Counted from the first letter of the stretch, positions 31,405 through 43,541 are shown. The stretch: 64,000 nucleotides of DNA from Thermodesulfovibrionales bacterium (GCA_963715195.1 CAVQRT010000007.1:320001-384000), one strand, 5' to 3'. Numbers and translations: made by a program. The notes: a model not told the origin generated them from the letters alone.

Positions 31405-31574
31405 TCTGTGAACGCAAAAACTTCTAAAATCTTATCTATACAGTAGCACTTCCCAGCAGGTTAGTCAAGGTAATTCAGGAATGACAGGGTATCGGGGGAA
31501 GCAGGTCATGTTTTCTTCGGAAACGCTCTTGAGAGATTATTCTGCCGCCGTTGTCTGTGCCGGAACTGAGACCC

Positions 31575-31925
31575 CTAATACATCGACCGTATTCTTCCGG
31601 TCCTTTTGTCAATCAGGATCAAATCAATAAGAACCCCCTTGTGGTTCATAATTTCGGCGATATAAAAATGCGCCTTCTCCCGCATCCTGACGATCCTGAT
31701 GCCCCCGTCCTGAAGAAGAAGTTGTTCGATAATCTCTCTCGCCTCAACCGGTGTCCTAACCTCCCTTCGGGCTCCGTACCATCCCCACTTATAACTGCGC
31801 CAGTAGTTTCCATAAACAGGCTGACATTCGACCGGTTCTTTCTTCGTCTGTTGCGCTGAGGAAATATCAACAGCCGGAAGAAAAACAAGAATTATTATGA
31901 ACAATGCGATATTCGCTTTTACCAT
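31575..31925 (-). CDS. Secreted hypothetical protein (PepSY-like C-terminus)
   Basis: Signal peptide; ILIDKRTGRIR ending; follows the two-component pair. Confidence 0.6.
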   Translation of the reverse strand: MVKANIALFIIILVFLPAVDISSAQQTKKEPVECQPVYGNYWRSYKWGWYGARREVRTPVEAREIIEQLLLQDGGIRIVRMREKAHFYIAEIMNHKGVLIDLILIDKRTGRIRSMY

Positions 31926-32069
31926 TCCTACGTATTAACCTAAAACTTGCTTTTGAAAAGCACAGCCTGCCAGAACCGAACTTACTATCAATCCTTTCCT
32001 CATACTGTTCACATCACTGGCATTTCTCGATAAACAATATCAAAAAAATGTGAAGAGGCCGCGAAGGAA

Positions 32070-33455
32070 TTATGAAGATTTTGTGAATTTTGGAATGGAA
32101 AGAATGAACGTGGAACCTTTACCATATTCACTCCGGACGTCGATGCGCCCTCCGTGGGCATCGGTGAGCTCCTTGACTATGGTAAGCCCCAGGCCGAGTC
32201 CGCCTTCGGAAGCCCGGTAAAACCTTTCGAACACAAACGGCAGGTCTTGCTTTTTGATGCCGGTTCCGGTATCTGAAATGTCTATAAAACTGTCTGTTTC
32301 TCTCTCGCCTGCTTTCATCCGCACCGTGCCACCCTTCTCTGTTGCCTTGAGTGCATTGCTCAGGAGATTAATCACGATTTGGCTCAGTTTATCGGGGTCG
32401 GCATCCATGGTTGCCGTATCGGTGCATTCGAATTCGAGGACTACCCCTTTATCAGAGAATAATTTCTCGAAACGTTCTTTCAAGATGCCCAGAAACGGTT
32501 TAAGAACAACCGGTCTTCTCCGCAGTTCAAGGACACTCGCCTGGGCTCTTGAAAGTTCCTCGATTCCTTCAATGATATGTTTCAGGCGGTTTGTTTCTTC
32601 GTGGAGGGATATCAGCCGTTCCCTGTCGATCCTGATCAGTCCGTCAAGCATGCCCTCGATCTCCCCCTGCATGGCACTTAACGGTGTTCTGAGTTCATGG
32701 GCAATATTTGATGTCAGTTTCCGCCGCAAGGCTTCCTGGACTTCGAGATTATGAGCCATCAAATTAAACGTCCGCGAGAGATTGCTGATTTCATCATTCC
32801 CTTTTACCGGGACCCTGCTAGTGATATTCCCTTCGCTGATGTCTGCTGCAGCTGTCGTCAGTCTCTTGATCGGCTCAGTCATTCTCCGCGAATAGACAAA
32901 ACTCAGGAGAACAGACAGCCCTCCCAATACAAAAATCACGAGAACAAGAAACCGGTTTGACCTCATCATGAAAATGGTCTCCTTGCCCTGGGGCTCATGC
33001 ATGAACAGAGGGCGAATTTCGAGAAACCCTATTCCATTGCCTCCCAGGAATAACGGGTAGTTTGTGAACGGGGCATTCGAACTAAGCAGGTTGCCTTCAG
33101 GTGAAAAACCCGCAAGAGCTGAAATTCTTCTTTGCATGAGCGGCGGAAGATTTTCGATCGCCTTCCTGGTACTTATCAGCTGGTTATTGCCGGCATCGAA
33201 AATGTTGATCTCGTATCCGAGCAGGAGAGCCCAGACGGCATTCTCCTGGAGCAATTCCGTGCTCCATCCGGAATGTCGTTCATACGATCCCTCGATTGTC
33301 GCCATAACCCGGTAAATCCTGTCCTCATTCTCGCCTTCGAGATATTCCTCGAAATCCGTTACGATGAGTTCGCGTAAGGTCATGGCTGCTGAAAGAGATA
33401 TGACGGAAATTGAAAGAAGAAGAATGAGGAACTTAACCCAGAGACTTTTTATCAT
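32070..33455 (-). CDS. Membrane sensor histidine kinase (HAMP-HisKA-HATPase)
   Basis: HELRTP, NLLSNA, DTGTG and GLGL; two TM helices. Confidence 0.93.
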   Translation of the reverse strand: MIKSLWVKFLILLLSISVISLSAAMTLRELIVTDFEEYLEGENEDRIYRVMATIEGSYERHSGWSTELLQENAVWALLLGYEINIFDAGNNQLISTRKAIENLPPLMQRRISALAGFSPEGNLLSSNAPFTNYPLFLGGNGIGFLEIRPLFMHEPQGKETIFMMRSNRFLVLVIFVLGGLSVLLSFVYSRRMTEPIKRLTTAAADISEGNITSRVPVKGNDEISNLSRTFNLMAHNLEVQEALRRKLTSNIAHELRTPLSAMQGEIEGMLDGLIRIDRERLISLHEETNRLKHIIEGIEELSRAQASVLELRRRPVVLKPFLGILKERFEKLFSDKGVVLEFECTDTATMDADPDKLSQIVINLLSNALKATEKGGTVRMKAGERETDSFIDISDTGTGIKKQDLPFVFERFYRASEGGLGLGLTIVKELTDAHGGRIDVRSEYGKGSTFILSIPKFTKSS

Positions 33456-34149
33456 CCCGTGTACCGGCAAACTTATATCCTACTCCATAGACCGTATGAA
33501 TCAACATCGGGCTTTTCGGGTCATCTTCAATTTTCTGACGGATATTTTTGATGTGGGCATCAATGCTCCGTTCATATCCCTCGAATTGGTATCCAAGGGC
33601 GCTCTCCACAAGCTCTCCCCGGGTGAAGACTCTCCCGGGCGCATGGGAAAGCACCGAGAGTATCTTAAACTCGGTAGGCGTCAGGGTTAATGATAAACCC
33701 TTTTTATTCACTTCATAACTCCGGGGGTCGATGGTTAGCATACCGCCGTTGAAACTCATCTGTTCTGCAGAATGGAATTCATGTTTGGGTGATCTTTTCA
33801 GAACAGCCCTGACCCGCGCAACGAGCTCCTTCGGGCTGAAGGGTTTCACAACATAGTCATCCGCCCCAAGAGCAAATCCTGCAACACGCTCATTCTCAGA
33901 GGATTTTGCCGTAACCATAATGATAGGGAAATCACCCATTTCCCTGAGTTCCTGACAAACCTCTTCGCCCGACATGTCAGGGAGCATGAGATCAAGTATT
34001 ACTAACGTAGGGATTTCTTTCAGCGCGGCAGACAGGGCATCTCTGCCATTTTCAGCCGTGACTACCCGATACCCTTCACCTTCGAGATATACCTTTACAA
34101 CCCTCGAAATCTTTTTATCGTCCTCGACAACGAGTATCGGCCTGATCAT
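33433..34149 (-). CDS. OmpR-family response regulator
   Basis: VVEDD, LDLMLP, GADDYVVKPF and winged helix ending TVYGVGY. Confidence 0.94.
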   Translation of the reverse strand: MIRPILVVEDDKKISRVVKVYLEGEGYRVVTAENGRDALSAALKEIPTLVILDLMLPDMSGEEVCQELREMGDFPIIMVTAKSSENERVAGFALGADDYVVKPFSPKELVARVRAVLKRSPKHEFHSAEQMSFNGGMLTIDPRSYEVNKKGLSLTLTPTEFKILSVLSHAPGRVFTRGELVESALGYQFEGYERSIDAHIKNIRQKIEDDPKSPMLIHTVYGVGYKFAGTRDDKKSLG

Positions 34150-34395
34150 ACCTAACTATACCATAGAGTGAAAATTTTTCTTCCCGGTCTACACGAGAAT
34201 ATGTCTGATGACCTCATCAAGATTCAAGCAGCGTTTGCATGTCCGGGCTTTATTATCGGCTTTTTCAAGAACATTTTTTCTCCCATCTCCGTCTGACGGA
34301 AGCCAGATCCTTGAACTCTTTTTGTCTCCCAGATTTTTCATTCCTCCGCTCTGTTTTTGGAAAGAGCACGCTCATTTGTATATAATAGCTGCACT

Positions 34396-35070
34396 ATGTC
34401 CAGAATCATTTTTGACATCGAGACCGTTGGAAAAGATTTTGATTCACTCGATGCACCGACCCAGGAATATCTTCTGAGATATGCCGGAACAAACGACGAA
34501 AAAGAGGAGATCAAAGACCGCCTGTCGTTTTATCCTCTGACAGCCGAAATCGTGACGATCGGACTCCTCGAACCTGAGTCAGGGAAAGGGTTTGTTTTTT
34601 TTCAGACTTCCGGTGAACCGTTGCTCCCGTTCGAAGAGGACAATATCCTCTACGAGACCGGAACGGAACAAGAGATTATCCGGAAATTCTGGAATGAAAT
34701 CAAGCGATACAGGCATTTTATCACCTTCAATGGCAGAAGCTTCGACTGTCCTTTCATACTGATAAGAACCGCTGTCAATAAAATAAAACCGACAAGAGAT
34801 CTCATGCCGAACAGGTATGCAGACACCCATATTGACCTGTTCGATCAGCTCCAATTTTTTGGCGCTTCACGAAGACGGTTCAGCCTCGATATGTGGTGCA
34901 GGACTTTCGGCATTAAAAGTCCCAAAGCAGAGGGTATTACAGGGTATGAGGTAAAGGATCTATTCAAAGCGGGCCGGTGCCTTGATATCGCCAGATATTG
35001 TGCCGGAGACCTCCGGGCAACGAGAGAGCTCCTGTTTTACTGGGAGAACTATATACGTTTTTCACCGTAA
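34396..35070 (+). CDS. Stand-alone RNase H-like (PolB-type) 3'-5' exonuclease
   Basis: FDIET, FNGRSFD and YCAGD motifs. Confidence 0.8.
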   Translation: MSRIIFDIETVGKDFDSLDAPTQEYLLRYAGTNDEKEEIKDRLSFYPLTAEIVTIGLLEPESGKGFVFFQTSGEPLLPFEEDNILYETGTEQEIIRKFWNEIKRYRHFITFNGRSFDCPFILIRTAVNKIKPTRDLMPNRYADTHIDLFDQLQFFGASRRRFSLDMWCRTFGIKSPKAEGITGYEVKDLFKAGRCLDIARYCAGDLRATRELLFYWENYIRFSP

Positions 35071-36138
35071 GTATTCATTCACCCTTTCGACGTCAAAATC
35101 CGCATCGCTTAAAACATTCAGAACAAATCTGAAGATGCATTTTCTCTGTTCATTCGTCACATCGGGATAAAAGAGAGGATTTCCGACAACAGCCCCCCGG
35201 AAAGCGTAGAACGGTGCAGCAACTGCTGTTATCTCCGCATCACCGGATTCCCTGATATATTCATTGAAGAAAAGACGCAACCCTTCATAAAAAGGTCCCC
35301 GCACATCCCCGTAGGTAAGAATCGAAAAAAAGATGTAATTGATTGTCAGCGCAGTTACATCATCTGCGGGATCTCCCCACGGACCGCGGCTTCTGTCGAG
35401 AAGGACAAAGTTCTCACTGCCTGCGTCTCCTCCCGACAAGGATGGATCAGGAGGAACAAACCAGATGTTACCTGGATGAAAGTCCCCGTGCACCTGTGAA
35501 AGCCTTTCATGTTTTGGTTTAAGTTTTATAATCCAATCTATTGATTTTTTTATTATATTAGACATTTTTGCAGTGCTGATGAACCCGTCAGGATAGGTAT
35601 CAAAAACGCCCATCAGACACTCACCGTGTCCGACCGTATCCCGCAACTTTCTTCGGTAAAGAGCAGGCGATTCTCTTTTCACAGCGTGAATACCAGTAAG
35701 ATACGATGTCATGGCCTTGATTTTTCCTCTGTCCGATGCATCAAGACTTTTCTTTTTGGCAAACAATTTGAGGTCATGGAAATAATGTCTCCCCTCTGCC
35801 CTTTCCATGAGCAGATAATATTCCCTTCCGCCACCGATTGATTTTATGGAACCGTCTTCCATCTCTGAAAGGACATCAACCGCTTTCACATGGTTCGGGA
35901 GATTTGTATATTCATCAAGGTCGAGGAGAAACACTGCTGCTCTGTCCGATGGGTAGTCATGTCCCAATCCCTCGGTAAGGAGCGCCTTTATAACATATGA
36001 CTGAACGCCCCCCGGTGTCCGGACCTCGATAAGGAACCCTGACCCCTGCACGCCGGAACCGATCGGTGATATCCGGATATCGACGGCATTGCTGAATGTA
36101 TTGAGGAGATACGCCTTTATTGCGGTTTCGTTGATCAC
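35062..36138 (-). CDS. APH-like phosphotransferase
   Basis: HGDFHPGNI motif; LLD...GDPADD. Confidence 0.8.
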   Translation of the reverse strand: MINETAIKAYLLNTFSNAVDIRISPIGSGVQGSGFLIEVRTPGGVQSYVIKALLTEGLGHDYPSDRAAVFLLDLDEYTNLPNHVKAVDVLSEMEDGSIKSIGGGREYYLLMERAEGRHYFHDLKLFAKKKSLDASDRGKIKAMTSYLTGIHAVKRESPALYRRKLRDTVGHGECLMGVFDTYPDGFISTAKMSNIIKKSIDWIIKLKPKHERLSQVHGDFHPGNIWFVPPDPSLSGGDAGSENFVLLDRSRGPWGDPADDVTALTINYIFFSILTYGDVRGPFYEGLRLFFNEYIRESGDAEITAVAAPFYAFRGAVVGNPLFYPDVTNEQRKCIFRFVLNVLSDADFDVERVNEYLR

Positions 36139-37067
36139 AGTGCACCGAAGTTGCTTCTGTATCGTTCAAGGAAATCATCATACAGGAAATGATGTTCCTG
36201 GGTACCATAGTGTTCAATCGCATAGGTAGCGGCAACCGAACCTAATCGTGCGGCGGTCTGGATATCCCTCCCTTCAACAAGACCTTTCAACAGCCCTGCC
36301 CTGTAGGCATCCCCTGCACCGGTCGGGTCAAAAACGCGTTCTACCCGCATTGAAGGTACATGCTGATCAGACTCAGGGGTGCTTATCAATGAACCCTCTT
36401 CTCCCAGCGTTGTGATGATAACATCAGTCAGCTTGAGCAGATCAATTTTCTTCAATCCGGTAATCTTCAGAATGATCTCGAGTTCATAATCATTGGAGAT
36501 TAACACCATGGAGCCCTTGATCCACTCTCTGAGCGCTTCACCTCCCCATTTTGTCAGAGACTGGCCGGGGTCACAGATGAACCGGATTCCCTTCAGGCGG
36601 CACTGCGCTGCGTATTCGATCATGTCCTGAAGATTTCCGGGTGCAATCAGGACAAGCGATTGTTCCGGTTCTCCGTCATCAAACCGGTATGCGGACGGAT
36701 GTTTCATCGCTCCGGGATTGAATCCCGTAATCTGGTTATCCGCCATATCGGTTGTGATGTAGGCACCCGCGGTAAACTCTTCAGGGATGATTCTGATTCC
36801 ATCAACCGGGATGTTGTTTTGCTGAAGCCATGCAAAATACTGCTGGTGGTCCTTGCCGATCGTTGCAACAATAATCGGTTTCTCTCTCAGGAGACTGAGC
36901 GTATATGCAATGTTGCCCGCAGTACCGCCGAATTTCTCTGACAATCCGTTTACATTGAAACAGACATTCAGCACATGGATTTTATCCGGGAGTATATAGT
37001 CGGAAAATTTACCCGGAAAATCCATAATCCTGTCATACGCCATCGAACCAGATATGAAAATATTCAT
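36135..37067 (-). CDS. PfkB-family kinase (adenosine kinase-like)
   Basis: GSMAYD, GGTAGNIAY and DPTGAGDAYRAG. Confidence 0.88.
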   Translation of the reverse strand: MNIFISGSMAYDRIMDFPGKFSDYILPDKIHVLNVCFNVNGLSEKFGGTAGNIAYTLSLLREKPIIVATIGKDHQQYFAWLQQNNIPVDGIRIIPEEFTAGAYITTDMADNQITGFNPGAMKHPSAYRFDDGEPEQSLVLIAPGNLQDMIEYAAQCRLKGIRFICDPGQSLTKWGGEALREWIKGSMVLISNDYELEIILKITGLKKIDLLKLTDVIITTLGEEGSLISTPESDQHVPSMRVERVFDPTGAGDAYRAGLLKGLVEGRDIQTAARLGSVAATYAIEHYGTQEHHFLYDDFLERYRSNFGAL

Positions 37068-37101
37068 GATAAACCCTATTTCAATGGTTGAAATGATATG
37101 T

Positions 37102-37199
37102 TGTCATTCCCGCTTGTCGGGAATCTTTCTGGTTCCCCTTCGTAAAGGGAAACAAAGAGGGTTGTTTTGAAGAAAGATTCCGGCCAGGCCGGAATGACA
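37102..37199. repeat. REP-like composite palindrome
   Basis: Terminal inverted repeat TGTCATTCC/GGAATGACA, inner GAATCTTTCT/AGAAAGATTC, each arm forming its own hairpin. Confidence 0.75.
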
Positions 37200-37250
37200 G
37201 ATTAAATAACACCAACCAACTATTAAAATATTTATAGAGTAACAACATGG

Positions 37251-39029
37251 CTATTCCCCCAGTTCCTTCAGAAGATCCCCGGCAACGCGCCTGTTAAAAC
37301 CTTTCAGGCCGGCTATTGTCTCGATAGTAGCATTTTTTATATTTTCCACGCTACCGAAAACGCGCAACAGTTCGAGCCGCCGCTTTTTCCCGATTCCTGC
37401 AATACTTTCGAGAGGAGATTTTAAAAGCGCTTTGTCCCGCAGTTTTCTGTGATACCCAACGGCAACCCTGTGGGCTTCATCCCGTATACTCTTCAGGAGA
37501 AGCGAAGACCGCCTTCTGTCTTCAAGATTCACCGGCATTGCCGACGTTGAGAGGAATGCCCGGTCAGGGTCTTTAGCGATTGCAACGACATCGGGCACTT
37601 TCTTCAGCGCAGAACTGTTATCAGCGAGAACCTTTTTTGCGGTCTCCAGATGTCCTTTCCCGCCATCAATAATGAGCAGATCCGGCATAGTGCCTTCGAG
37701 ATGTGCTATCATCCGTCCGATCATCTCCTCCATCATCGAATAATCATCAATCCCCATGACCGTTCTGATCCTCACCCTCCGGTAGCGGTCTTTGTCAAAA
37801 GCCCCCTCCTCCCAGTAAACAAATGATCCTGCCGCCTCGTTCCCCGATATATTTGAAATATCAAATGCCCCCATGCTTCCGGGAGTATTGATGAGATGCA
37901 ACCGCTCACGGACCTCGCTTAGGATCTCATGTGTTGTCAACGTTCTCCTTTCCCTGAATGCAAAACTGGCATTTTCCGAAGCCATATCGACAAGTTCTTT
38001 CTTTTTTCCCTTCACCGGTTTTCGAATCCTCACGCTTTTTCCGCTACGCTCTCCAAGCCACCCCTCCAATGATTTCACCTCATCCGGCAGAACAGATGTC
38101 AAAATTTCAGCAGGAGCAATAATCTCCCCGGAATAGAACTGCATGAGAAACGCACGCAGCAACTCTTTTTCGGGAAACTCACCTGCCGTGTGCACCCGGA
38201 AATCTTTTGATCCGATCATGCATCCGTTCCGGATAAACAAAACGGTGAACAAGACTTCCTGTTCTTCCCGTGAAAAGCCTATGATATCGATATCCCGGAG
38301 TTCCGGTGCAACAACCTTCTGGGACTCCATGCCACGCTCAATTGCCCTGATCCTGTCGCGCATTGCGGCAGCCTCTTCATACTTCATCTCCCCGGAGAGT
38401 TTCAGCATCTTTCGTTTAAGATTCCCGATGAGATTTTTTTTCTGCCCTCTCAGGAAAAGCCTGACTTCTTCGACCAGTTGTGCATATGCTGCTTTGCTGA
38501 CATGGCCTGTGCACGGCGCGACACATTTTCCCATCTGATGCTGAATACAGGGCTTCATCGGTTTCTGAAATGAAAACCGGCAATCCCGTATACGGAAATT
38601 TCTCCTGATAAATGCAATGATATCCCACAAGGCACCTGCCGGCACATAAGGACCAAAATACAATGCACCGTCCCTTGTAACTTTCCTCACAACCTCAATT
38701 CCCGGCCAGTCCTCGTGGACATTCAGCTTCAGGTAAGGATAATTTTTATCATCACGCAGAATAATGTTGAACCGCGGTTTGTATTGTTTGATAAGATTCG
38801 CCTCGAGAACAAAGGCTTCGAGTTCATTCTTGGTGACGATGTAGGAAAATTTCTCCACATCCCTCATCATCGAGGTCTTGCGGGGATCAGGGATTGATTG
38901 TTTCCGAAAGTAGCTCCTTATGCGGCTTCTAAGGTTCTTTGCCTTCCCGACATACAGTACTTTCTGCAGCGAGTCTTTGAAGAGATAAACGCCCGGCTTT
39001 AAAGGTATTGAAGAAAGTCTTTGCGGCAT
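37251..39029 (-). CDS. uvrC: Excinuclease ABC subunit C
   Basis: GIY-YIG domain (PGVY...YVGKAKNL), FDISN, IDGGKG and HhH motif; exact start uncertain. Confidence 0.95.
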   Translation of the reverse strand: MPQRLSSIPLKPGVYLFKDSLQKVLYVGKAKNLRSRIRSYFRKQSIPDPRKTSMMRDVEKFSYIVTKNELEAFVLEANLIKQYKPRFNIILRDDKNYPYLKLNVHEDWPGIEVVRKVTRDGALYFGPYVPAGALWDIIAFIRRNFRIRDCRFSFQKPMKPCIQHQMGKCVAPCTGHVSKAAYAQLVEEVRLFLRGQKKNLIGNLKRKMLKLSGEMKYEEAAAMRDRIRAIERGMESQKVVAPELRDIDIIGFSREEQEVLFTVLFIRNGCMIGSKDFRVHTAGEFPEKELLRAFLMQFYSGEIIAPAEILTSVLPDEVKSLEGWLGERSGKSVRIRKPVKGKKKELVDMASENASFAFRERRTLTTHEILSEVRERLHLINTPGSMGAFDISNISGNEAAGSFVYWEEGAFDKDRYRRVRIRTVMGIDDYSMMEEMIGRMIAHLEGTMPDLLIIDGGKGHLETAKKVLADNSSALKKVPDVVAIAKDPDRAFLSTSAMPVNLEDRRRSSLLLKSIRDEAHRVAVGYHRKLRDKALLKSPLESIAGIGKKRRLELLRVFGSVENIKNATIETIAGLKGFNRRVAGDLLKELGE

Positions 39030-39057
39030 GGTATTCAGACTAAAAAGAGCGGGGTCC

Positions 39058-40038
39058 TTATTCCACCTCTTCCATGAAGCTCCCGATCCTTCTGAATCTT
39101 CGGTACCGCTCCTCAAGGAGCTTGCCCGGCGTTTTGGCCTTCAGTTCTTCGAGGGCAGCCGCAAGATGTTCAGAGATATTCCGCGCTGTCTCTTCAGGAT
39201 TCCGGTGTGCTCCTCCATGAGGCTCAGGGATTATACCGTCGATGATTTTAAAGCGCAGGAGGTCCTGCGCTGTCATTTTGAGAGCATCCGCAGCCCGCGA
39301 AAAATCTGCAACGCCAAGGTCGCCCTCCTTCTTCCAGAGAATCGCAGCGCATCCTTCAGGTGAGATAACGGAATAGCAGGAATGTTCGAGCATATACAGG
39401 CGGTCAGCAACTCCGAGGGCAAGCGCACCGCCGCTCCCGCCCTCACCGATGACAAACGAGACAACAGGGGTTTTGAGCCGGGACATCTCCATCAGGTTAA
39501 CAGCAATGGCCTCCGCCTGTCCCCTTTCCTCTGCACCGATTCCGGGAAACGCTCCCGGGGTATCGATAAAAGTTATCACCGGACGTTTGAATCGTTCGGC
39601 AATTTTCATCACCCTGAGCGCTTTCCGGTAACCCTCCGGCTGGGGCTGTCCGAAATTGCGGGAGATCCGCTCCTTTGTCCCGCGCCCTTTCTGATGTCCT
39701 GCGACCGCAACAGGGTTAGCCTTAAATTTTGCCACACCTGCGACGACAGCAGGGTCATCAGCAAATCTTCTGTCTCCATGCAATTCGACAAAATCAGTCA
39801 TAATCGTATTGATGTAGTCGAGGGTGTATGGCCTGTCAGGATGCCGCGCTATGAGGGTTTTCTGCCACGGACTTAACGAAGTAAAAATCTCGGAACGGAG
39901 ATCTCTTACCTTTTTTTCAAGCTTCTTGATTTCACTGGAGATGTCAATATCCTTCCCGTCAGACACCCGTTTCAGTTCCTCGATCTTCAGTTCGAGCTCC
40001 TCAATCGGTTTTTCGAAGTCAAGGTAATACCGTATCAT
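39058..40038 (-). CDS. accA: Acetyl-CoA carboxylase carboxyltransferase alpha subunit
   Basis: [24 protein letters not shown] and SVISPEG. Confidence 0.97.
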   Translation of the reverse strand: MIRYYLDFEKPIEELELKIEELKRVSDGKDIDISSEIKKLEKKVRDLRSEIFTSLSPWQKTLIARHPDRPYTLDYINTIMTDFVELHGDRRFADDPAVVAGVAKFKANPVAVAGHQKGRGTKERISRNFGQPQPEGYRKALRVMKIAERFKRPVITFIDTPGAFPGIGAEERGQAEAIAVNLMEMSRLKTPVVSFVIGEGGSGGALALGVADRLYMLEHSCYSVISPEGCAAILWKKEGDLGVADFSRAADALKMTAQDLLRFKIIDGIIPEPHGGAHRNPEETARNISEHLAAALEELKAKTPGKLLEERYRRFRRIGSFMEEVE

Positions 40039-43000
40039 TGGAAAATCACAGCTCCCTTTCCCACTATTGCTTCGATCCGGCGAACCATCTCTTTATCACC
40101 CGAGATTTTCATGTCCGTCTCGATTACTGTTTCTGCATCTCTATGCATAACTCTGAGAAAGAGAGGGTAAAGTCCTGTATTGTCTGTGAGAATAGAGCGA
40201 AGCGTTTGGAGCTGCATGCCGTCTGCCAAAGGCAGTCTCAGGGTCAACTCAGCTTTCCGCAGATGGTTTCCTACCATAACATCCAGACGTGATATCTCAT
40301 TCGCAATGATCTTGATTCCCTTCTCCGTTTTATCCACGCTGCCTTTCACAAGAAGGGGAACATCTTTCTGGAGGATTGCGAGGCTCGACTTATACAGCTC
40401 CGGGAAGACAATGATATCAATATTGGCCTCGGGGTCCTCAAGTGTGCAGTATGCCATAATCTCAGCCTTTGATTTGGTCTGGGTCTTCCGTATAGCCGTC
40501 AGTATACCTGCAATCCTGACCTCCTGGCCATCAGCAGTCTCTTCAAGTTCCGATATGGTCTTTGTCCCCAATTTTTTGAGATAGGCCTCATATTTGATTA
40601 AGGGGTGTCCGGTAATATAAAACCCGAGTGATTCCTTTTCGTATTTCAAGAGTTCATCCTTATTCCACTCAGACACAACACCGGTCTCAGCATCCGGGAT
40701 ATCACCGAAAATGCTTTGCTGTCCAAATACCCGTCCTGCTGAACTTTTCATTCCATTGCCCAGGAGTCTGTTCATGGTGTCCATTGCCCCAGCTCTGGTG
40801 CCTTCAAGCGAATCAAAAGCACCAGCTTTGATGAGGCCATCAATAACCTTCTTATTGACCTTGCGCTGATCGATCCGTTCAAGAAAATTCGTGACAGAGG
40901 TAAAAGGACCGGTTGCATCTCGGGCTTCTATGATCGACTCTATGGCTGCAGAACCGACACCTTTTACCGCCTCAAGTCCAAACCGTATTGAGGTCCCGAC
41001 AACCTTGAACTCCTTCCCCGAGTGATTGATGTCCGGCGGCAGAATCTCTATCCCCATATCCCTGCACCCGGCGATTGATTTGACAATCTTGTCAGTATTG
41101 TCCATATCGGCGCTTAATGTCGCCGCCATGAATTCAACGGAGTAATGGGCTTTCAGATATGCAGTCTGATATGCAACGTACGCATAAGCAGCGGAATGAG
41201 ATTTATTGAACCCGTATTCCGCAAAATAAGCCATGAGGTCAAAGATGCGCTTCGCCTTTTTCTCAGGAATACGGTTTGCAATCGCCCCCTGAATGAAGGC
41301 TTCTTTCTGCTTTTCCATCTCCTCAGGTTTTTTCTTCCCCATAGCCTTACGCAGAATATCCGCCTGACCCATAGAAAAATTCGCGAGTTTATTTGCGATC
41401 CTCATGACCTGCTCCTGATAGAGGATAACACCGTATGTCTCGTCCAATATCTCTTTCAGCTGCGGCAGATCATATTTCACCGGAATCTTTCCCTTTTTTC
41501 GTTTGATGAATTCGTCAATCATGCCGCTCCCCATCGGACCAGGCCTGTAGAGCGCGACGATGGCGATGATGTCTTCAAATCTGTTCGGAGAGATTTTGAC
41601 GAGCAGATCACGCATCCCCGCACTTTCGAGCTGAAAAATACCCGTCGTATTTCCCGAACTGAGGAGTTCATAGGTCTTTCGGTCGTCAAACGATATATCT
41701 TTCAGAGCAAAATCACTCCCGTTCTCACGCATATAAGCCAAGGTTTTATCGATGACCGTGAGGGTCTTCAATCCCAGGAAATCAAACTTTAAAAGGCCTA
41801 TCCGTTCGATAGAGAGCATGTCGAACTGTGTCATGATACTGCCGTCGGACGGATTCCGGTAAAGAGGCGTATAGTCCGTTAGCGGAGCGGGCGAGATGAC
41901 GACTCCTGCTGCATGGGTGGATGCATGCCGGCTGAGGCCCTCAAGCCGCATTGCCGTATCGATCAGTTCCTGTATCTTCGGATTGCTTTCATACAGGGCC
42001 TTCAACTGAGCCTCGGATTTCAGGGTGTCCTGAATTGTTATATGCACGGTATTCGGAATCAGTTTCGCGATTCTGTCAACTTCACCGTAGGGCATATCAA
42101 GCGCTCTTCCCACATCACGGATAGCAGCCTTGGCAGCCATCGTCCCAAAGGTAATAATCTGCGCGACATGGTCCTTTCCATACTTATCAGCGACATACGA
42201 AATGACTTCAGATCTCCTGTCTTTGCAAAAGTCGACATCGATATCCGGCATGCTGATTCGTTCAGGGTTCAGAAAACGCTCAAAGAGGAGAGTGTATTTC
42301 ACGGGGTCAATATCCGTAATTCCAAGGCAGTATGAAACAAGACTGCCTGCTGCCGATCCCCTACCGGGGCCGACCGGGATTCCCTGCTCTTTGGCGTGGC
42401 GGATGAAATCCCAGACGATAAGGAAATAGGATGCATAATCCATCTTCCTGATAATCTCAAGCTCCCTGTCCAAACGCTGGGTATACACAGCGTCCGCATG
42501 CCTTCCCAACCGGTTTGTCAGACCGGCATGGACAAGTTCATCGAGGAGCGATTCAGGCGATTTGTCCTGCACTTCATACCTCGGTAGCAGACTGTCCCCG
42601 AGCTTGAATTCCACACTGCAGCGCTCAGCAATCGCCCTCGAATTCAGGACTGCTTCAGGGATGTCCCTGAAGGCACGCTTCATCTCATCGGGTGATTTAA
42701 AATAGAAACCGTCCGACTGAAACCGGAGCCGGTTTTTATCATTGACGGTTTTTCCCGTCTGGATGCAGAGCAAAATATCATGCGCCCGGGCGTCCTCCCG
42801 TTTCAAGTAATGACAATCATTCGTCGCAACAATGCCGATATGCAGCTCCCTGGCCAGTTCAAAGAGCTTGTGATTGAGCTTCTCCTGCTCAGGCAGCCCG
42901 TTATCCTGCAATTCAATATAAAAATTTTCAGGGCCAAGGATGTGTTTGTACTCAAGGGCCTTTTCGCGGGCCTTCTCAATCATCCCCCGCTGAAGGTAAA

Positions 43001-43448
43001 CGGGAATTTCACCCTTCATGCACGAGGTGAGGGCGATCAATCCTCCGCTGTATTGCTCGAGCAGGTCACGGTCTATTCTTGGTTTGTAATAGAACCCTTC
43101 GGTATATGCCCTGGTAACCAGTGACACGAGATTGCGGTATCCCTGATTGTCCCTGGCGATCAGGATAAGATGATACGATGCATCTTCACTGTCATTTCCG
43201 TGCCGCTTCTCAAGACGGCTCCCTGGGGCGACGTATACTTCGCAGCCGATGATCGGTTTTATCCCGGCCTTCGTTGCAAGGCGATACAATTCCACTGCAC
43301 CGAACAGATTGCCGTGGTCTGTGACTGCCACTGCGGGCATTCTGAATGCGGATGCTTCGTCCACGAGTTCCTGCAACCGTATCGCTCCGTCAAGAAGGCT
43401 GTATTCAGAATGCAGATGGAGGGGCACATAATCTGCGTGTTGATGCAT
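40035..43448 (-). CDS. dnaE: DNA polymerase III alpha subunit
   Basis: PHP domain ([11 protein letters not shown]), [14 protein letters not shown] and FNKSH; no intein-sized insertion evident. Confidence 0.97.
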   Translation of the reverse strand: MHQHADYVPLHLHSEYSLLDGAIRLQELVDEASAFRMPAVAVTDHGNLFGAVELYRLATKAGIKPIIGCEVYVAPGSRLEKRHGNDSEDASYHLILIARDNQGYRNLVSLVTRAYTEGFYYKPRIDRDLLEQYSGGLIALTSCMKGEIPVYLQRGMIEKAREKALEYKHILGPENFYIELQDNGLPEQEKLNHKLFELARELHIGIVATNDCHYLKREDARAHDILLCIQTGKTVNDKNRLRFQSDGFYFKSPDEMKRAFRDIPEAVLNSRAIAERCSVEFKLGDSLLPRYEVQDKSPESLLDELVHAGLTNRLGRHADAVYTQRLDRELEIIRKMDYASYFLIVWDFIRHAKEQGIPVGPGRGSAAGSLVSYCLGITDIDPVKYTLLFERFLNPERISMPDIDVDFCKDRRSEVISYVADKYGKDHVAQIITFGTMAAKAAIRDVGRALDMPYGEVDRIAKLIPNTVHITIQDTLKSEAQLKALYESNPKIQELIDTAMRLEGLSRHASTHAAGVVISPAPLTDYTPLYRNPSDGSIMTQFDMLSIERIGLLKFDFLGLKTLTVIDKTLAYMRENGSDFALKDISFDDRKTYELLSSGNTTGIFQLESAGMRDLLVKISPNRFEDIIAIVALYRPGPMGSGMIDEFIKRKKGKIPVKYDLPQLKEILDETYGVILYQEQVMRIANKLANFSMGQADILRKAMGKKKPEEMEKQKEAFIQGAIANRIPEKKAKRIFDLMAYFAEYGFNKSHSAAYAYVAYQTAYLKAHYSVEFMAATLSADMDNTDKIVKSIAGCRDMGIEILPPDINHSGKEFKVVGTSIRFGLEAVKGVGSAAIESIIEARDATGPFTSVTNFLERIDQRKVNKKVIDGLIKAGAFDSLEGTRAGAMDTMNRLLGNGMKSSAGRVFGQQSIFGDIPDAETGVVSEWNKDELLKYEKESLGFYITGHPLIKYEAYLKKLGTKTISELEETADGQEVRIAGILTAIRKTQTKSKAEIMAYCTLEDPEANIDIIVFPELYKSSLAILQKDVPLLVKGSVDKTEKGIKIIANEISRLDVMVGNHLRKAELTLRLPLADGMQLQTLRSILTDNTGLYPLFLRVMHRDAETVIETDMKISGDKEMVRRIEAIVGKGAVIFQ

Positions 43449-43541
43449 AATAGAGATATTAACCCCAGCAGTATTTTTTAGTCAATGCAGGAAGAGGCTG
43501 CATTTTTCTGTTTTTGACAGCTATTTTTGATCAAGATTATA

